The position numbers and the translations under genes are program-made. Below are positions 1 through 8,417 of a stretch of DNA of 64,000 nt, in pieces. Each line of letters starts with the position of its first letter. Positions within the stretch are counted from its first letter, which is position 1. The notes beneath the pieces were generated by a model. The model saw only the letters and a program-made list of their open reading frames with translations, ran no database searches and was not told where the DNA came from. Source of the stretch: Phycisphaerales bacterium (GTDB lineage Bacteria; Planctomycetota; UBA1135; UBA2386); assembly GCA_020247305.1 (NCBI GenBank), contig JADCJE010000008.1:82807-146806 (forward strand), read 5' to 3'.

Positions 1-1323
1 GCGCACGAGCGGCGTGCCGTTCTCCAGCGCGCGCAGCACGCTCATCGCGACCAGTTGCGGCAGTTCGGCGCCGCCCTCGTACCACGACTCGTTGGACAGC
101 ACGCACAGCAGGCGCGCACCCTGGGCCACCTGGGCCGCCGCCGGGCCGGGGAAGGCGTTGTCGTAACACAGCAGCGCGCCGAACGGCACGCCGCCCGCGG
201 TGCGCAGCGGCGGCAACTCGCGGCCCGGTTCGCACTGCGGCAGCGACCCAAGCGCGCCGGCGAACACACCGAGCAGCCACTCGCTCGCGGCCGGCGGCAA
301 CCAGCGCACGCCGGGCTGGAACTCGCCGCCGGGCACGAGGCAGCGTTTCTCCTGGTGACCGAGGACGCGCGCCGACGGCAGCTCGACCTGCACGGCAGCC
401 GGCGTCGGCGGCGCGTCCTCGCGCTGGCGCACGTTGACGCCGAGGACCAACTGCGCCGTCGAGGCGGGCAGCCGGCGTGCGAGGGCGGCGAGCCGCGCCT
501 CGCCGGCGGCGATGTCCGCCACGGGCAGCGTCGCGAACACGCTGCTCTCCGGCCACAGGACCAGCGCCGGCGGGGCGGTCGCCAGCAGGTCCCGCGTCGG
601 GGCGACGAGGCGCTCAGCGAGCAGTTCGTCGAAGCGGGCGCGGGCCCGTTCGTACGGCACGGCGTCGAGTTCGCGGATCAGGTGGAAGCCCGGCTCGACG
701 AGCGCAACGTCGAGCGCCGCGCCGTCCGCGCGCGGCGTGAGCAGCCAGCCCGCAGCCGTCAGCGCGCCGAAGCCGGCGGCGGCGGCGGCGGCGCCGCGGC
801 ACGCGTTCCCCCATGCCGGCACGCCGTGCCGCCATGAGCTCGCCAACGTCGCGGCCGCGGCGGCGAGCCAGCCGAGCAGCGCGTTGGCGAGCGGTTCGCC
901 ACCGACGACGACGCTGCCGAGCAGCACGGGCCAGTGCCACAGCGACTGCGCCGGCTGGCCGTGCGGATAGCAGATGTCGGGCATGTGCGCGCGCAGCCAG
1001 CACGAGCCGGCGAGCGCCACGGCGAAGCCGAGCGGCGCCCACGCCGTGGACAGGCGACGGACGGCGGCGTGCACGGCGAGCGTGTACAGGCCGCCGAGCA
1101 GGACGATCATGGCCCAGGCGAACACCAGCACGTGGTGCACCGACCACGAGAACACGGCCATGTGGGCGCAACCGAGCAGGTACCCGTGCCACAGCGGTCG
1201 GCGCGGGTCGCGCAGCACCGCGAACACCGCCGCGAGCGCGAACACGGTCCCCGGCCCGCTCGCCGGCAACCACGTCGACGGCGTGGCGACGGCGAGCAGC
1301 AGTCCGGCGCACAGCGGCAACAC
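1..1323 (-). CDS. lnt: Apolipoprotein N-acyltransferase (partial; C-terminus lies left of the window)
   Basis: This frame is absent from the ORF track because it runs off the left edge. My minus-strand translation from the GTG at 1323 is stop-free. It gives a multi-TM N-terminus followed by LVLWPESS, HQEKRCLVPGGEF and LLCYDNAFPG, matching the Glu/Lys/Cys nitrilase-type triad of Lnt. Start codon uncertain. Confidence 0.7.
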   Translation of the reverse strand, partial: MLPLCAGLLLAVATPSTWLPASGPGTVFALAAVFAVLRDPRRPLWHGYLLGCAHMAVFSWSVHHVLVFAWAMIVLLGGLYTLAVHAAVRRLSTAWAPLGFAVALAGSCWLRAHMPDICYPHGQPAQSLWHWPVLLGSVVVGGEPLANALLGWLAAAAATLASSWRHGVPAWGNACRGAAAAAAGFGALTAAGWLLTPRADGAALDVALVEPGFHLIRELDAVPYERARARFDELLAERLVAPTRDLLATAPPALVLWPESSVFATLPVADIAAGEARLAALARRLPASTAQLVLGVNVRQREDAPPTPAAVQVELPSARVLGHQEKRCLVPGGEFQPGVRWLPPAASEWLLGVFAGALGSLPQCEPGRELPPLRTAGGVPFGALLCYDNAFPGPAAAQVAQGARLLCVLSNESWYEGGAELPQLVAMSVLRALENGTPLVR

Positions 1324-1343
1324 GCAGTTCGGGCGACCTCCGG

Positions 1344-2588
1344 TCACGGCAACCTCGCGCCGGCGCTGCCGCCGACGTAGCGCACCAGCGCGCCCGCCGC
1401 GGGCGCGTGCTGGCCGGCGACCAGCACGTAGCCGTCGCCGTCGACGAGCCGGAACGGATCGCCGCTCGGCGACGGCGCCGACAACACGGCGACGGCGCGG
1501 CCCTCGCCGTCGAGGCGCAGGCGCGCCGGGATCGCCTGCAGACGGCTGTTCGGTTGCCACGGCACGCCGCCGGCGACCGCCTGCGCCGACCACGCGCCGG
1601 CGTCGCGGCCCTGCAGCGCGAACAACAGCGGCCGCACCAGCAGATCGAAGACGGTGAAGCTGGACGCCGGATTGCCCGGCAGGCCGAACACCCACTTGCG
1701 CCGGCCGTCGGCGCCGTCGACGACGCCGAAGTACGTCGGCTTGCCGGGCTTGAGGTCGAGGCCATGGAACTCGGTGCGCACGCCGAGTTCCTGCAGCGTG
1801 CCGTGCACGAGATCGTGCGTGCCCTTGCTGATGCCGCCGATGGTGACCAGCACGTCGCTGTCGGCGAGCCCGCGCTGCAGCAGCGCGCGCAGCGCGCCCG
1901 CCTCGTCGGGCGCGACGCCCAGGCGCGTCGGCGCACCGCCGCATTCCTCGACCTGCGCAGCAAGCGCCCAACTGTTGCTCTCGCGCACCTGGTGCGGCAG
2001 CGGCACGGCGTCGATCGGCACCACCTCGTCGCCGGTCGCCACGATGCCGACGCGCGGCCGGCAGCGCACCTGCACCGCCGCGTGGCCGAGCACGGCGAGC
2101 ACGCCGATCTCGGCGGCGCGCACCAGGCTCCCGGCGGGAAGCACGACCGCGTCGGCGGCGCATTCGCTGCCGTGCCGGCGGATGTTCGCGCCGGCGCGCA
2201 CGGCCGCGGCAATGCGCACCGCGACGCCGCCGAAGCCGCTGGTCTGCTCGACCGGAACGACCGCGTCCGCGCCGGCCGGGACGACGGCGCCGGTCATGAT
2301 GCGGATCGCCTCGCCCGGTCGCAGGTCGCGGTCGAAGGGCCGACCGGCGAGGCTCTCGCCGGCGACGGGCAGTTGGTCGCCGGCGCTCGCCCCGGCCCCC
2401 GCCGTGGCGAGCGCGAATCCGTCCATCGCCGAGCGATCCGTCGCCGGCCACGGTCCGGTCGTGCGGACGTCCGCCGCGAGCGCGCGGCCCCGCGCCGCCG
2501 ACAGCGCGACCGTCTCCGTTCCGTTCAGGACCGCAGCGGCCGCGAGCACGCGGTCGCGCGCTTGCAGCAAGTCGAGCGCCTTCGCCAT
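1344..2588 (-). CDS. moeA: Molybdopterin molybdenumtransferase MoeA
   Basis: Taken from ORF 1344..2624, starting at the internal ATG (MAKALDLLQARDRVL). Typical MoeA N-terminus (SAMDGFAL), MoCF-binding core (GGISKGTHDL) and C-terminal beta domain. Confidence 0.85.
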   Translation of the reverse strand: MAKALDLLQARDRVLAAAAVLNGTETVALSAARGRALAADVRTTGPWPATDRSAMDGFALATAGAGASAGDQLPVAGESLAGRPFDRDLRPGEAIRIMTGAVVPAGADAVVPVEQTSGFGGVAVRIAAAVRAGANIRRHGSECAADAVVLPAGSLVRAAEIGVLAVLGHAAVQVRCRPRVGIVATGDEVVPIDAVPLPHQVRESNSWALAAQVEECGGAPTRLGVAPDEAGALRALLQRGLADSDVLVTIGGISKGTHDLVHGTLQELGVRTEFHGLDLKPGKPTYFGVVDGADGRRKWVFGLPGNPASSFTVFDLLVRPLLFALQGRDAGAWSAQAVAGGVPWQPNSRLQAIPARLRLDGEGRAVAVLSAPSPSGDPFRLVDGDGYVLVAGQHAPAAGALVRYVGGSAGARLP

Positions 2589-2636
2589 CGACGCCACGTT
2601 GGCGCATGCGCCGCGTCGGCGCAAGCGCGCGCAGCG

Positions 2637-3095
2637 TCAGCGCACCAGCACGAGCAGCTTGCCGGTGTCGCTCGCCAGGACGACCTGGAAGCCGGTGGCG
2701 GCCGCGGCGTCGAGCAGCGCGGCGGCCTCCGCGAGCCGCAGCGGCTGCGGAATGCCGAGGGACGCCGGCGCGTCCCCTGCCGTCGCCAGCATCACCAGTT
2801 CTCCGCCGAGCACGTTGGCCAGTTCGGCGACTGCCGCGTCGGCGTGCTCGGCGGCATCGATCTCGTCGGCGTCGACCCCGAGCATGCCCGAAGCGAACTC
2901 GCGCACGAAGCCAGGGGTGGCCGCGACCGTCAGGTCATGGCCGCCGAAGCCGGCGAGCCGGATCGCGGCGCATGCCACGCACAGCGGCAGCACCGCCGCC
3001 GCAGGCTCGTCGCTCGGCTCGGCGACGACGAAGGCCATGCGTTCGAGCGCGTGCGAGACGATGCCGGCGAAACTGTCGATGGCGAATGCGTTCAT
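2637..3095 (-). CDS. CheX/CheC-like chemotaxis phosphatase family protein
   Basis: About 150 aa starting MNAFAIDSF, with a CheX-like layout (ELANVLGGELV segment). It lies 10 nt downstream of the cheY stop, with GAGGA ahead of the ATG. Assignment is by resemblance only. Confidence 0.5.
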   Translation of the reverse strand: MNAFAIDSFAGIVSHALERMAFVVAEPSDEPAAAVLPLCVACAAIRLAGFGGHDLTVAATPGFVREFASGMLGVDADEIDAAEHADAAVAELANVLGGELVMLATAGDAPASLGIPQPLRLAEAAALLDAAAATGFQVVLASDTGKLLVLVR

Positions 3096-3105
3096 CGTCG
3101 GATCC

Positions 3106-3486
3106 TCAACGGCCCTCGAACCACTTGGTGACCAGGGCACGCAGTTCCTCGGGCGCGAACGGCTTGCGCAGGTAGTCGACGACGCCCAGCTGCTCGGCGC
3201 GGGCGAGCCGCTCCTTGTTGCCCTCGGTCGTGACCAGCGCGATCTTCGCCGCGCACGGCGACGGCGCGCGCGAGTTCGCCTCGAGGAACTCGAAGCCGTC
3301 CATCACCGGCATGTTGATGTCGAGCAGGACGATGTCCGCGGGCTCGGCGGCGAGCGCGGCGAGGGCTTCACGGCCGTTGCCGGCCTCGCGGATGCGCTCG
3401 GGCTCGGCGCCGGCCTGCATCGCGGCGCGGCGCGCGGTCTTCCGCAGCAGCGGGGAGTCGTCGACGATGAGGATGCGTTGCTTCAT
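3106..3486 (-). CDS. cheY: Single-domain CheY-like response regulator
   Basis: 126 aa receiver domain with ILIVDDS, phospho-acceptor context LLDINMPVMDG and conserved RKPF. Its ATG overlaps the cheD stop (ATGA). Confidence 0.8.
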   Translation of the reverse strand: MKQRILIVDDSPLLRKTARRAAMQAGAEPERIREAGNGREALAALAAEPADIVLLDINMPVMDGFEFLEANSRAPSPCAAKIALVTTEGNKERLARAEQLGVVDYLRKPFAPEELRALVTKWFEGR

Positions 3487-4031
3487 GGCTTCTTCGCGGG
3501 TGAAGGAATGCTGCCCGGCGCCCAGAGCGTCGCCTCACCATCGGCGCGGCGGACGGCGACCGCGCCGGTGCGCAGGTCGAGCGACAGGTTGCGCGGCGAC
3601 TTGCCGCCGACGTCCTCCGCGACCAGGGCGACGCCGAACTTCCACAGCGCCTTGCGCAGGATGGCGTGGTTCTTGCGCCCGATCGACAAGCCCGCGCCCG
3701 AGCCCGGATCGAGCATCTCGGCGCCGCCGGCCGCGCAGACGATCAAGCGCGACCGCTGCGCTCCCGCCTGGTCCAGACGATCGAGCAGGACGGGCACGCC
3801 CGTGCTGGCGTAGACGCACGGCTTCTCCGGCGCCCCGACCAGGCCTTCGCCAGGCTGCGGCAGCATGTAGTGCAGCAGGCCGCCGACGCGGGCGACCGGG
3901 TCGTAGGCCGTGATGCCGATGCACGAGCCCAGCGCGTACGTGATGAGCCGGCCCTGGCCGTCGCGACCGACGGCGCAGTCGGCGACGCCGACGACGATGG
4001 CAAGCTTGCCGGGCGGTTCGGCGGCGATCAT
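3483..4031 (-). CDS. cheD: Chemoreceptor glutamine deamidase CheD
   Basis: CheD-like sequence (ITYALGSCIGITAYDP, LLHYMLP, RLIVCAAGGAEM, GRKNHAILRKAL). I prefer the internal ATG at 4031 (MIAAEPPG) over the Arg/Ala-rich extension to 4142. Confidence 0.8.
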   Translation of the reverse strand: MIAAEPPGKLAIVVGVADCAVGRDGQGRLITYALGSCIGITAYDPVARVGGLLHYMLPQPGEGLVGAPEKPCVYASTGVPVLLDRLDQAGAQRSRLIVCAAGGAEMLDPGSGAGLSIGRKNHAILRKALWKFGVALVAEDVGGKSPRNLSLDLRTGAVAVRRADGEATLWAPGSIPSPAKKP

Positions 4032-4225
4032 CGCCCGCTCCTCGCCCGATGCCGCAGCGCCTGCACGGCGCGGACGCCGAGGCGGCGAAGGGGCAACGAG
4101 GTTCCGGCGAGCCGCAGCAAGCGCATGGTGCAGACCACGCATCGGGTGGACCGGCCGCTTGCTTGAGGTCGGGGCGTGCGCTGAGGGCGTAGGACGTACG
4201 GCCTCAGGACGTAGGCGAGGTCAAT

Positions 4226-4279
4226 CCTCGGCGAACCACTCCTCGGCGAACCACTGCTCGGCGAACCACTGCGAACCGT
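4226..4279. repeat. Tandem repeat, 15-nt unit (cctcggcgaaccact) x3.5
   Basis: Read directly: two identical units at 4226-4240 and 4241-4255, a 1-mismatch unit at 4256-4270, and a partial unit to 4279. Confidence 0.9.
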
Positions 4280-4697
4280 TGGCGTGGCTGCTACGTGCCA
4301 CCGTGACAAGTGCCGCGCCGTCGCGGCGAAAAAAAGGGCTCCCTGGCCGGGGGGTACGGTTCGAATGCGGTTGGTTGTGTCGGCCAAGTGAGGGGAACCG
4401 GCCTTCCCAAGGGGAAGAATCCAGCCAGGGAGCCCACCTCGTCTCGTTTGGCGGGTCCATGCCACCCGCCAGTCTCATCTACGATCCAACTTCGCGAAAG
4501 TTACAGGGTGGATGCAGTTCTTGGCGGTCGGCAGCGCGGGCGACGCACGCGGAGGGTCGCGCGGCAACGTCGGCCGAGCTGGCGCCGGCGCGAAGGACCG
4601 CGCGCGCGCCCGAGCGCGGGTTCGACGCAGGCATGGCCAGCATTTCCGCTTGAGTTGGCCGCGGGCATCTGCTTTCTTCTCCGCCCCTTCGTGGCAC

Positions 4698-4774
4698 GGC
4701 AGGATAGCTCAGCTGGTTAGAGCGGCGGCTTCATAAGCCGTAGGTCGCCGGTTCAAGTCCGGCTCCTGCTACCA
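4698..4774 (+). tRNA. tRNA with anticodon CAT (elongator Met or lysidine-modified Ile2)
   Basis: 77-nt cloverleaf read by eye: acceptor GGCAGGA/TCCTGCT, D-arm TAGCTCAGCTGGTTAGAGC, anticodon loop TTCATAA, T-arm GCCGGTTCAAGTCCGGC, encoded CCA. It lacks the three consecutive G-C pairs of an initiator anticodon stem. Confidence 0.9.
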
Positions 4775-4864
4775 CTTCCCGCCACTTCCGCGCCCCGGCG
4801 CAAGTGCACTTGCGGCGGGTTGCGCGCCGCCGAGGCCAGTGCGGCGGCCCGTGCGGCGGCCGGC

Positions 4865-4950
4865 GCGACAGCCGGTGCGACGGCCGCAGGGCACGCGACA
4901 GCCGGTGCGAGCCCAGGCAGGCGGTGCGAGCCCAGCCGGTGCGAGCCCAG
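4865..4950. repeat. Degenerate short tandem repeats between the tRNA and folE
   Basis: gcgacagccggtgcga at 4865-4880 and 4895-4910. ggtgcgagcccag at 4904-4916, 4923-4935 and 4938-4950. Confidence 0.85.
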
Positions 4951-4990
4951 GCGCACGCCCAGCCGCCGCCGCGCCCAGCCGGCGCCAGCC

Positions 4991-5560
4991 TCAGCCGCCG
5001 CGGACGAGGCTGAGGAACTCCGACCGGGTGCGCTCGTCCGAGCGAAACGACCCCAGCAGGCAGGACGTGACCGTCTTGCTGTTCTGCTTCTCGACGCCGC
5101 GCATCATCATGCACAGGTGGTTGGCCTCGACGACCACCCCCACGCCCTTCGGCTGCAGCACCTCTTCCAACGCCTGGGCCACCTGCGCGGTCAGCCGCTC
5201 CTGCACCTGCAGGCGGCGCGAGAACACGTCGACGACGCGCGCGATCTTCGAGAGGCCGACGATGCGCTTCTGCGGGATGTAGGCGACGTGCGCCTTGCCG
5301 AAGAACGGCGCGAGGTGGTGTTCGCACAGCGAGTACAGCTCGATGTCCTTCACCACCACCATCTCGTCGGTCTCGGCCTCGAACAGCGCGTCGCCGATGA
5401 CCTTCCGGGCGTCCTGCGCGTAGCCGGCGGTGTAGTGCTGGAACGCCTTCTCGACGCGGCGCGGCGTGTCGCGGAGGCCCTCGCGCGCCGGATCCGGATC
5501 GAGCGCCGCCAGCATGGCGGCGACGTGCTGCTGGAAGGGGCTGGTCGGCTCGGCGGACAT
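4991..5560 (-). CDS. folE: GTP cyclohydrolase I
   Basis: Strong FolE motifs ([40 protein letters not shown]). The ATG at 5560 is preferred over the TTG at 5596. Confidence 0.9.
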   Translation of the reverse strand: MSAEPTSPFQQHVAAMLAALDPDPAREGLRDTPRRVEKAFQHYTAGYAQDARKVIGDALFEAETDEMVVVKDIELYSLCEHHLAPFFGKAHVAYIPQKRIVGLSKIARVVDVFSRRLQVQERLTAQVAQALEEVLQPKGVGVVVEANHLCMMMRGVEKQNSKTVTSCLLGSFRSDERTRSEFLSLVRGG

Positions 5561-5609
5561 GCGCACGTTGTAGCCCACGGCCGAAGGCCCGGGCAATGCC
5601 GGGCCGCGG

Positions 5610-7301
5610 TCAGAGTGCGATCGTCTCGCGCAGCACTTCCTCGGCGGAGGTGTGGCCGTCGAAGATCGCGTTGAGGCCGTTCTCGCGCAGCGAGATCAGG
5701 CCGTTCTCCACCGCCGCAACCTGCAGCGCCGCGGTCGACGCGCCCTGCAGGATGAGTTCGCGCATGCGATCGTCGATGTCGAGGATCTCGGTGATCGCCA
5801 TGCGGCCGCGGTAGCCGGTGAAGTTGCACGTGGCGCAACCCTTGCCGTAGGCGAACTTCTTGCCGACGACCTGCTCGGCGACGAGGCCGAGGCGACGCAG
5901 CACGTCGTCGGCGGGCTCGTAGAAGGTCTTGCAGTCGCGGCAGACGCGGCGCACGAGCCGCTGCGCCAGGATGCCCTGCACGGTCGCCGTCAGCAGGAAC
6001 GGCTCGATGCCGATGTCGACGAGGCGGGTGACCGCGGACGCGGCGTCGTTGGTGTGCAGCGTGCTGAACACGAGGTGGCCGGTGAGGCTCGCCTCGATCG
6101 CCGTCTGCGCCGTCTCGCGGTCGCGGATCTCGCCCACCAGGATGACGTCCGGGTCCTGGCGCAGGATCGTGCGCAGCACGGAGGCGTAGCTGACGCCGAT
6201 CTCCTCGTTGACCGGGACCTGGATGATGCCCTCGAGGTCGTACTCCACCGGGTCCTCGACGGTGATGACCTTGGTGTCCTCCTTGTTGGCCTCGTTGAGC
6301 ATCGCGTACAGCGTCGTCGTCTTGCCGGAACCGGTCGGGCCGGTCACCAGGACGATGCCGTGCGGCAGGTCGACGAAGCGGCGCAGGTGCTCGCGCACCG
6401 ACGGCACGAGGCCGAGGTTGTCGAGGCTCAGCGAGACGTTGGAGCGGTCGAGGATGCGCATGACCGTCGACTCGCCGTACATCGTCGGCAGCGTCGACAC
6501 GCGCAGATCGACCGAACGGCCGCCGACGGTCAGCTCGATGCGGCCATCCTGCGGCAGGCGGGTCTCGGCGATGTCGAGGTCGCTCATGACCTTGACGCGC
6601 GCGATCAGCGCTTCGGCGAGGTGCGGCGGCGGCGCCTCCAGCTCGAACAGCGAGCCGTCGACGCGGTAGCGGATCTTGAAGTCGCCCTCGAACGGCTCCA
6701 GGTGGATGTCGGACGCCTTGTCGCGGATCGCCTGGTAGAGGATGTAGTTGAGGAGCTTCACGACCGGCGCGGCCGCAGCCATCGCCGCCTTGTCCTCGAG
6801 GTCGATCTTGCCGCCCTGCTGCTGCAGTTCCTGCACCAGCTCCTTCAGCCGCTGCTTGCCGTCGGCGGCGTCCTCGCGGTAGTGCTTGTCGAGCGCCTGC
6901 TGCAGCTGCGCGGCGTCGGCGAGCACGCCCTTGATCTCGCAACCGGTCGTGAACGCGAGGTCCTGCAGCATCGCCACGGCGGACGCGTCGGCGACCGCGA
7001 CCTCCAGCACCTTGCCGCGCAGGCTGACCGGCACGGCGCTGAACGCCCGCGCGGTCGCGAGGTCGACCTTCGCCAGCGCCTCGGCCTGCGGCGGCGCCGC
7101 GGCGAGGTCGTGGAAGCCGATGCCGGCCTGCGACGCCAGCGCCCGCATCAGATCGCCCGAGCCGATGTGGCCGAGCTCGATCAGGATCTCGCCGATGCGG
7201 CCGCCCTTCTCGCGCTGCACCTGCAGCGCCTCCTGGACGATGCCCTCGTGGATCAGGCCCAGTTCCTTGAGGATCTGGCCGAGCAGTCGACGCGGCGCCA
7301 T
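5610..7301 (-). CDS. GspE/PilB-family secretion ATPase with N-terminal T2SSE_N (MshEN) domain
   Basis: 563 aa with Walker [11 protein letters not shown], Asp/His boxes and a tetracysteine motif (CRDC...CATC). The N-terminal MshEN-like domain starts [12 protein letters not shown]. Its start lies 3 nt after the pilT stop. Confidence 0.85.
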   Translation of the reverse strand: MAPRRLLGQILKELGLIHEGIVQEALQVQREKGGRIGEILIELGHIGSGDLMRALASQAGIGFHDLAAAPPQAEALAKVDLATARAFSAVPVSLRGKVLEVAVADASAVAMLQDLAFTTGCEIKGVLADAAQLQQALDKHYREDAADGKQRLKELVQELQQQGGKIDLEDKAAMAAAAPVVKLLNYILYQAIRDKASDIHLEPFEGDFKIRYRVDGSLFELEAPPPHLAEALIARVKVMSDLDIAETRLPQDGRIELTVGGRSVDLRVSTLPTMYGESTVMRILDRSNVSLSLDNLGLVPSVREHLRRFVDLPHGIVLVTGPTGSGKTTTLYAMLNEANKEDTKVITVEDPVEYDLEGIIQVPVNEEIGVSYASVLRTILRQDPDVILVGEIRDRETAQTAIEASLTGHLVFSTLHTNDAASAVTRLVDIGIEPFLLTATVQGILAQRLVRRVCRDCKTFYEPADDVLRRLGLVAEQVVGKKFAYGKGCATCNFTGYRGRMAITEILDIDDRMRELILQGASTAALQVAAVENGLISLRENGLNAIFDGHTSAEEVLRETIAL

Positions 7302-7304
7302 GCG

Positions 7305-8366
7305 TTACTCCGCCGCCCCGCCCATGCGGACGGCCAGCGCCTTGCGGTCGAACGACCGCTCCATCGCCTCCTCCTTGGTGATGCGGCCGGCGCGCCACAG
7401 ATCGAGCAGGCAGTCGTCCATGAGCACCATGCCCTGGCGGCGGCTCGTCTGCAGCACGGAGGGGATCTTGAACGTCTCGCACTTGCGGATGTGGTTCTCG
7501 ATCGCCGGGTTGCTCAGCATGATCTCGAACGCCGCCACGCGGCCGCCACTCGCCGCCGGCATGAGGATCTGCGAGATGACCGCGACCAGCGACTGCGCCA
7601 GCTGCGAGCGGATCTGCTCCTGCGCCTCGCGCGGGTACTGGTCGATGATGCGGTCGACGGTGCGCGCGGCGCCGGTCGTGTGCAGCGTGCCGAACACGAG
7701 GTGGCCGGTCTCGGCCGCGGTGATCGCAGCCGACGTCGTCTCCAGGTCGCGCATCTCGCCCAGCAGGATCACGTCGGGGTCCTGGCGCAGCGCGCGGCGC
7801 ATCGCCTCGGCGAAGGTCGTCACGTCGGTGCCGACCTCGCGCTGCGTGACCTGCGACTTCTTGTGCGTGTGGTAGTACTCGACCGGGTCCTCGATCGTGA
7901 TGATGTGGCAGTCGCGGTTGCGGTTGATCCAGTCGATCATCGTCGCGAGCGTCGTCGACTTGCCGCTGCCGGTCGGACCGGTGACCAGCACGAGCCCGCG
8001 GTGGAGCGTCAGCAGCTGCTGCACGGACTCTGGCAGGCCGATCTGCTCGAAGGTCAGCAGCTTCTGCGGGATCTGCCGCATGACGATGCCGCGCGTGCCC
8101 TTCTGCGTGAGCACGCTGATGCGGAAGCGGCACTTGTCGCGGTGCGCATAGCCGAAGTCGGTGGTGCCGACCTTCTGCAGTTCGTCCCAGTTGCGCGCCG
8201 GGGTCACCGACTTGGCCATCGCCTCGGTGTCCTCGGGCTTCAGCGGCGCGTCACCGACCTCGACCAGCGAGCCCGAGAGCCGCATCACCGGCGGGCGGCC
8301 GACCGACAGATGCAGGTCGGATGCGCCGCGGCCGTGCGCCTCGTCCATCAATGCGTAGACGTCCAT
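7305..8366 (-). CDS. pilT: Twitching-motility-type retraction ATPase PilT
   Basis: 353 aa with ASDLHL, GPTGSGKSTTLA, ITIEDPVEY, GEMRD, HLVFGTLHT and the AIENHIR motif typical of PilT. Confidence 0.85.
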   Translation of the reverse strand: MDVYALMDEAHGRGASDLHLSVGRPPVMRLSGSLVEVGDAPLKPEDTEAMAKSVTPARNWDELQKVGTTDFGYAHRDKCRFRISVLTQKGTRGIVMRQIPQKLLTFEQIGLPESVQQLLTLHRGLVLVTGPTGSGKSTTLATMIDWINRNRDCHIITIEDPVEYYHTHKKSQVTQREVGTDVTTFAEAMRRALRQDPDVILLGEMRDLETTSAAITAAETGHLVFGTLHTTGAARTVDRIIDQYPREAQEQIRSQLAQSLVAVISQILMPAASGGRVAAFEIMLSNPAIENHIRKCETFKIPSVLQTSRRQGMVLMDDCLLDLWRAGRITKEEAMERSFDRKALAVRMGGAAE

Positions 8367-8417
8367 TGCGAGTCCTTGTGCGTGTTCCTGGTTCGGTGCG
8401 GGTCGCGGCGGGTCGCG

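Noticed and set aside
4349-4375. Possible tmRNA (ssrA) 5' end: ggggggtacggttcgaatgcgg resembles GGGG..GGnUUCGACnGG.
   Set aside because: I found no matching 3' T-arm plus ACCCCCC-ACCA acceptor strand downstream or upstream (so no permuted form either). No plausible tag ORF ending in ..AA-stop is present. The gcgggttcgacgcagg at about 4615 does not form a T-arm.
4405-4440. Possible SRP (4.5S) RNA domain IV: ggggaagaatccagccaggg vs cggaaggaagcagccaagg.
   Set aside because: The conserved AGCA of the asymmetric loop is not preserved (tcca), and the apical loop is not a GNRA/GGAA tetraloop. The resemblance is probably fortuitous.
4221-4478. 85-aa minus-strand ORF ending in QWFAEQWFAEEWFAED, encoded by the 15-nt repeat.
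   Set aside because: No start context, poor codon bias, no recognisable family. The repetitive C-terminus is simply the translated tandem repeat.
4775-4990. Genomic island or prophage integration at the tRNA 3' end.
   Set aside because: No integrase, no direct repeat of the tRNA 3' segment, and the flanking genes (folE, ATPases) have the same composition as the rest of the window.
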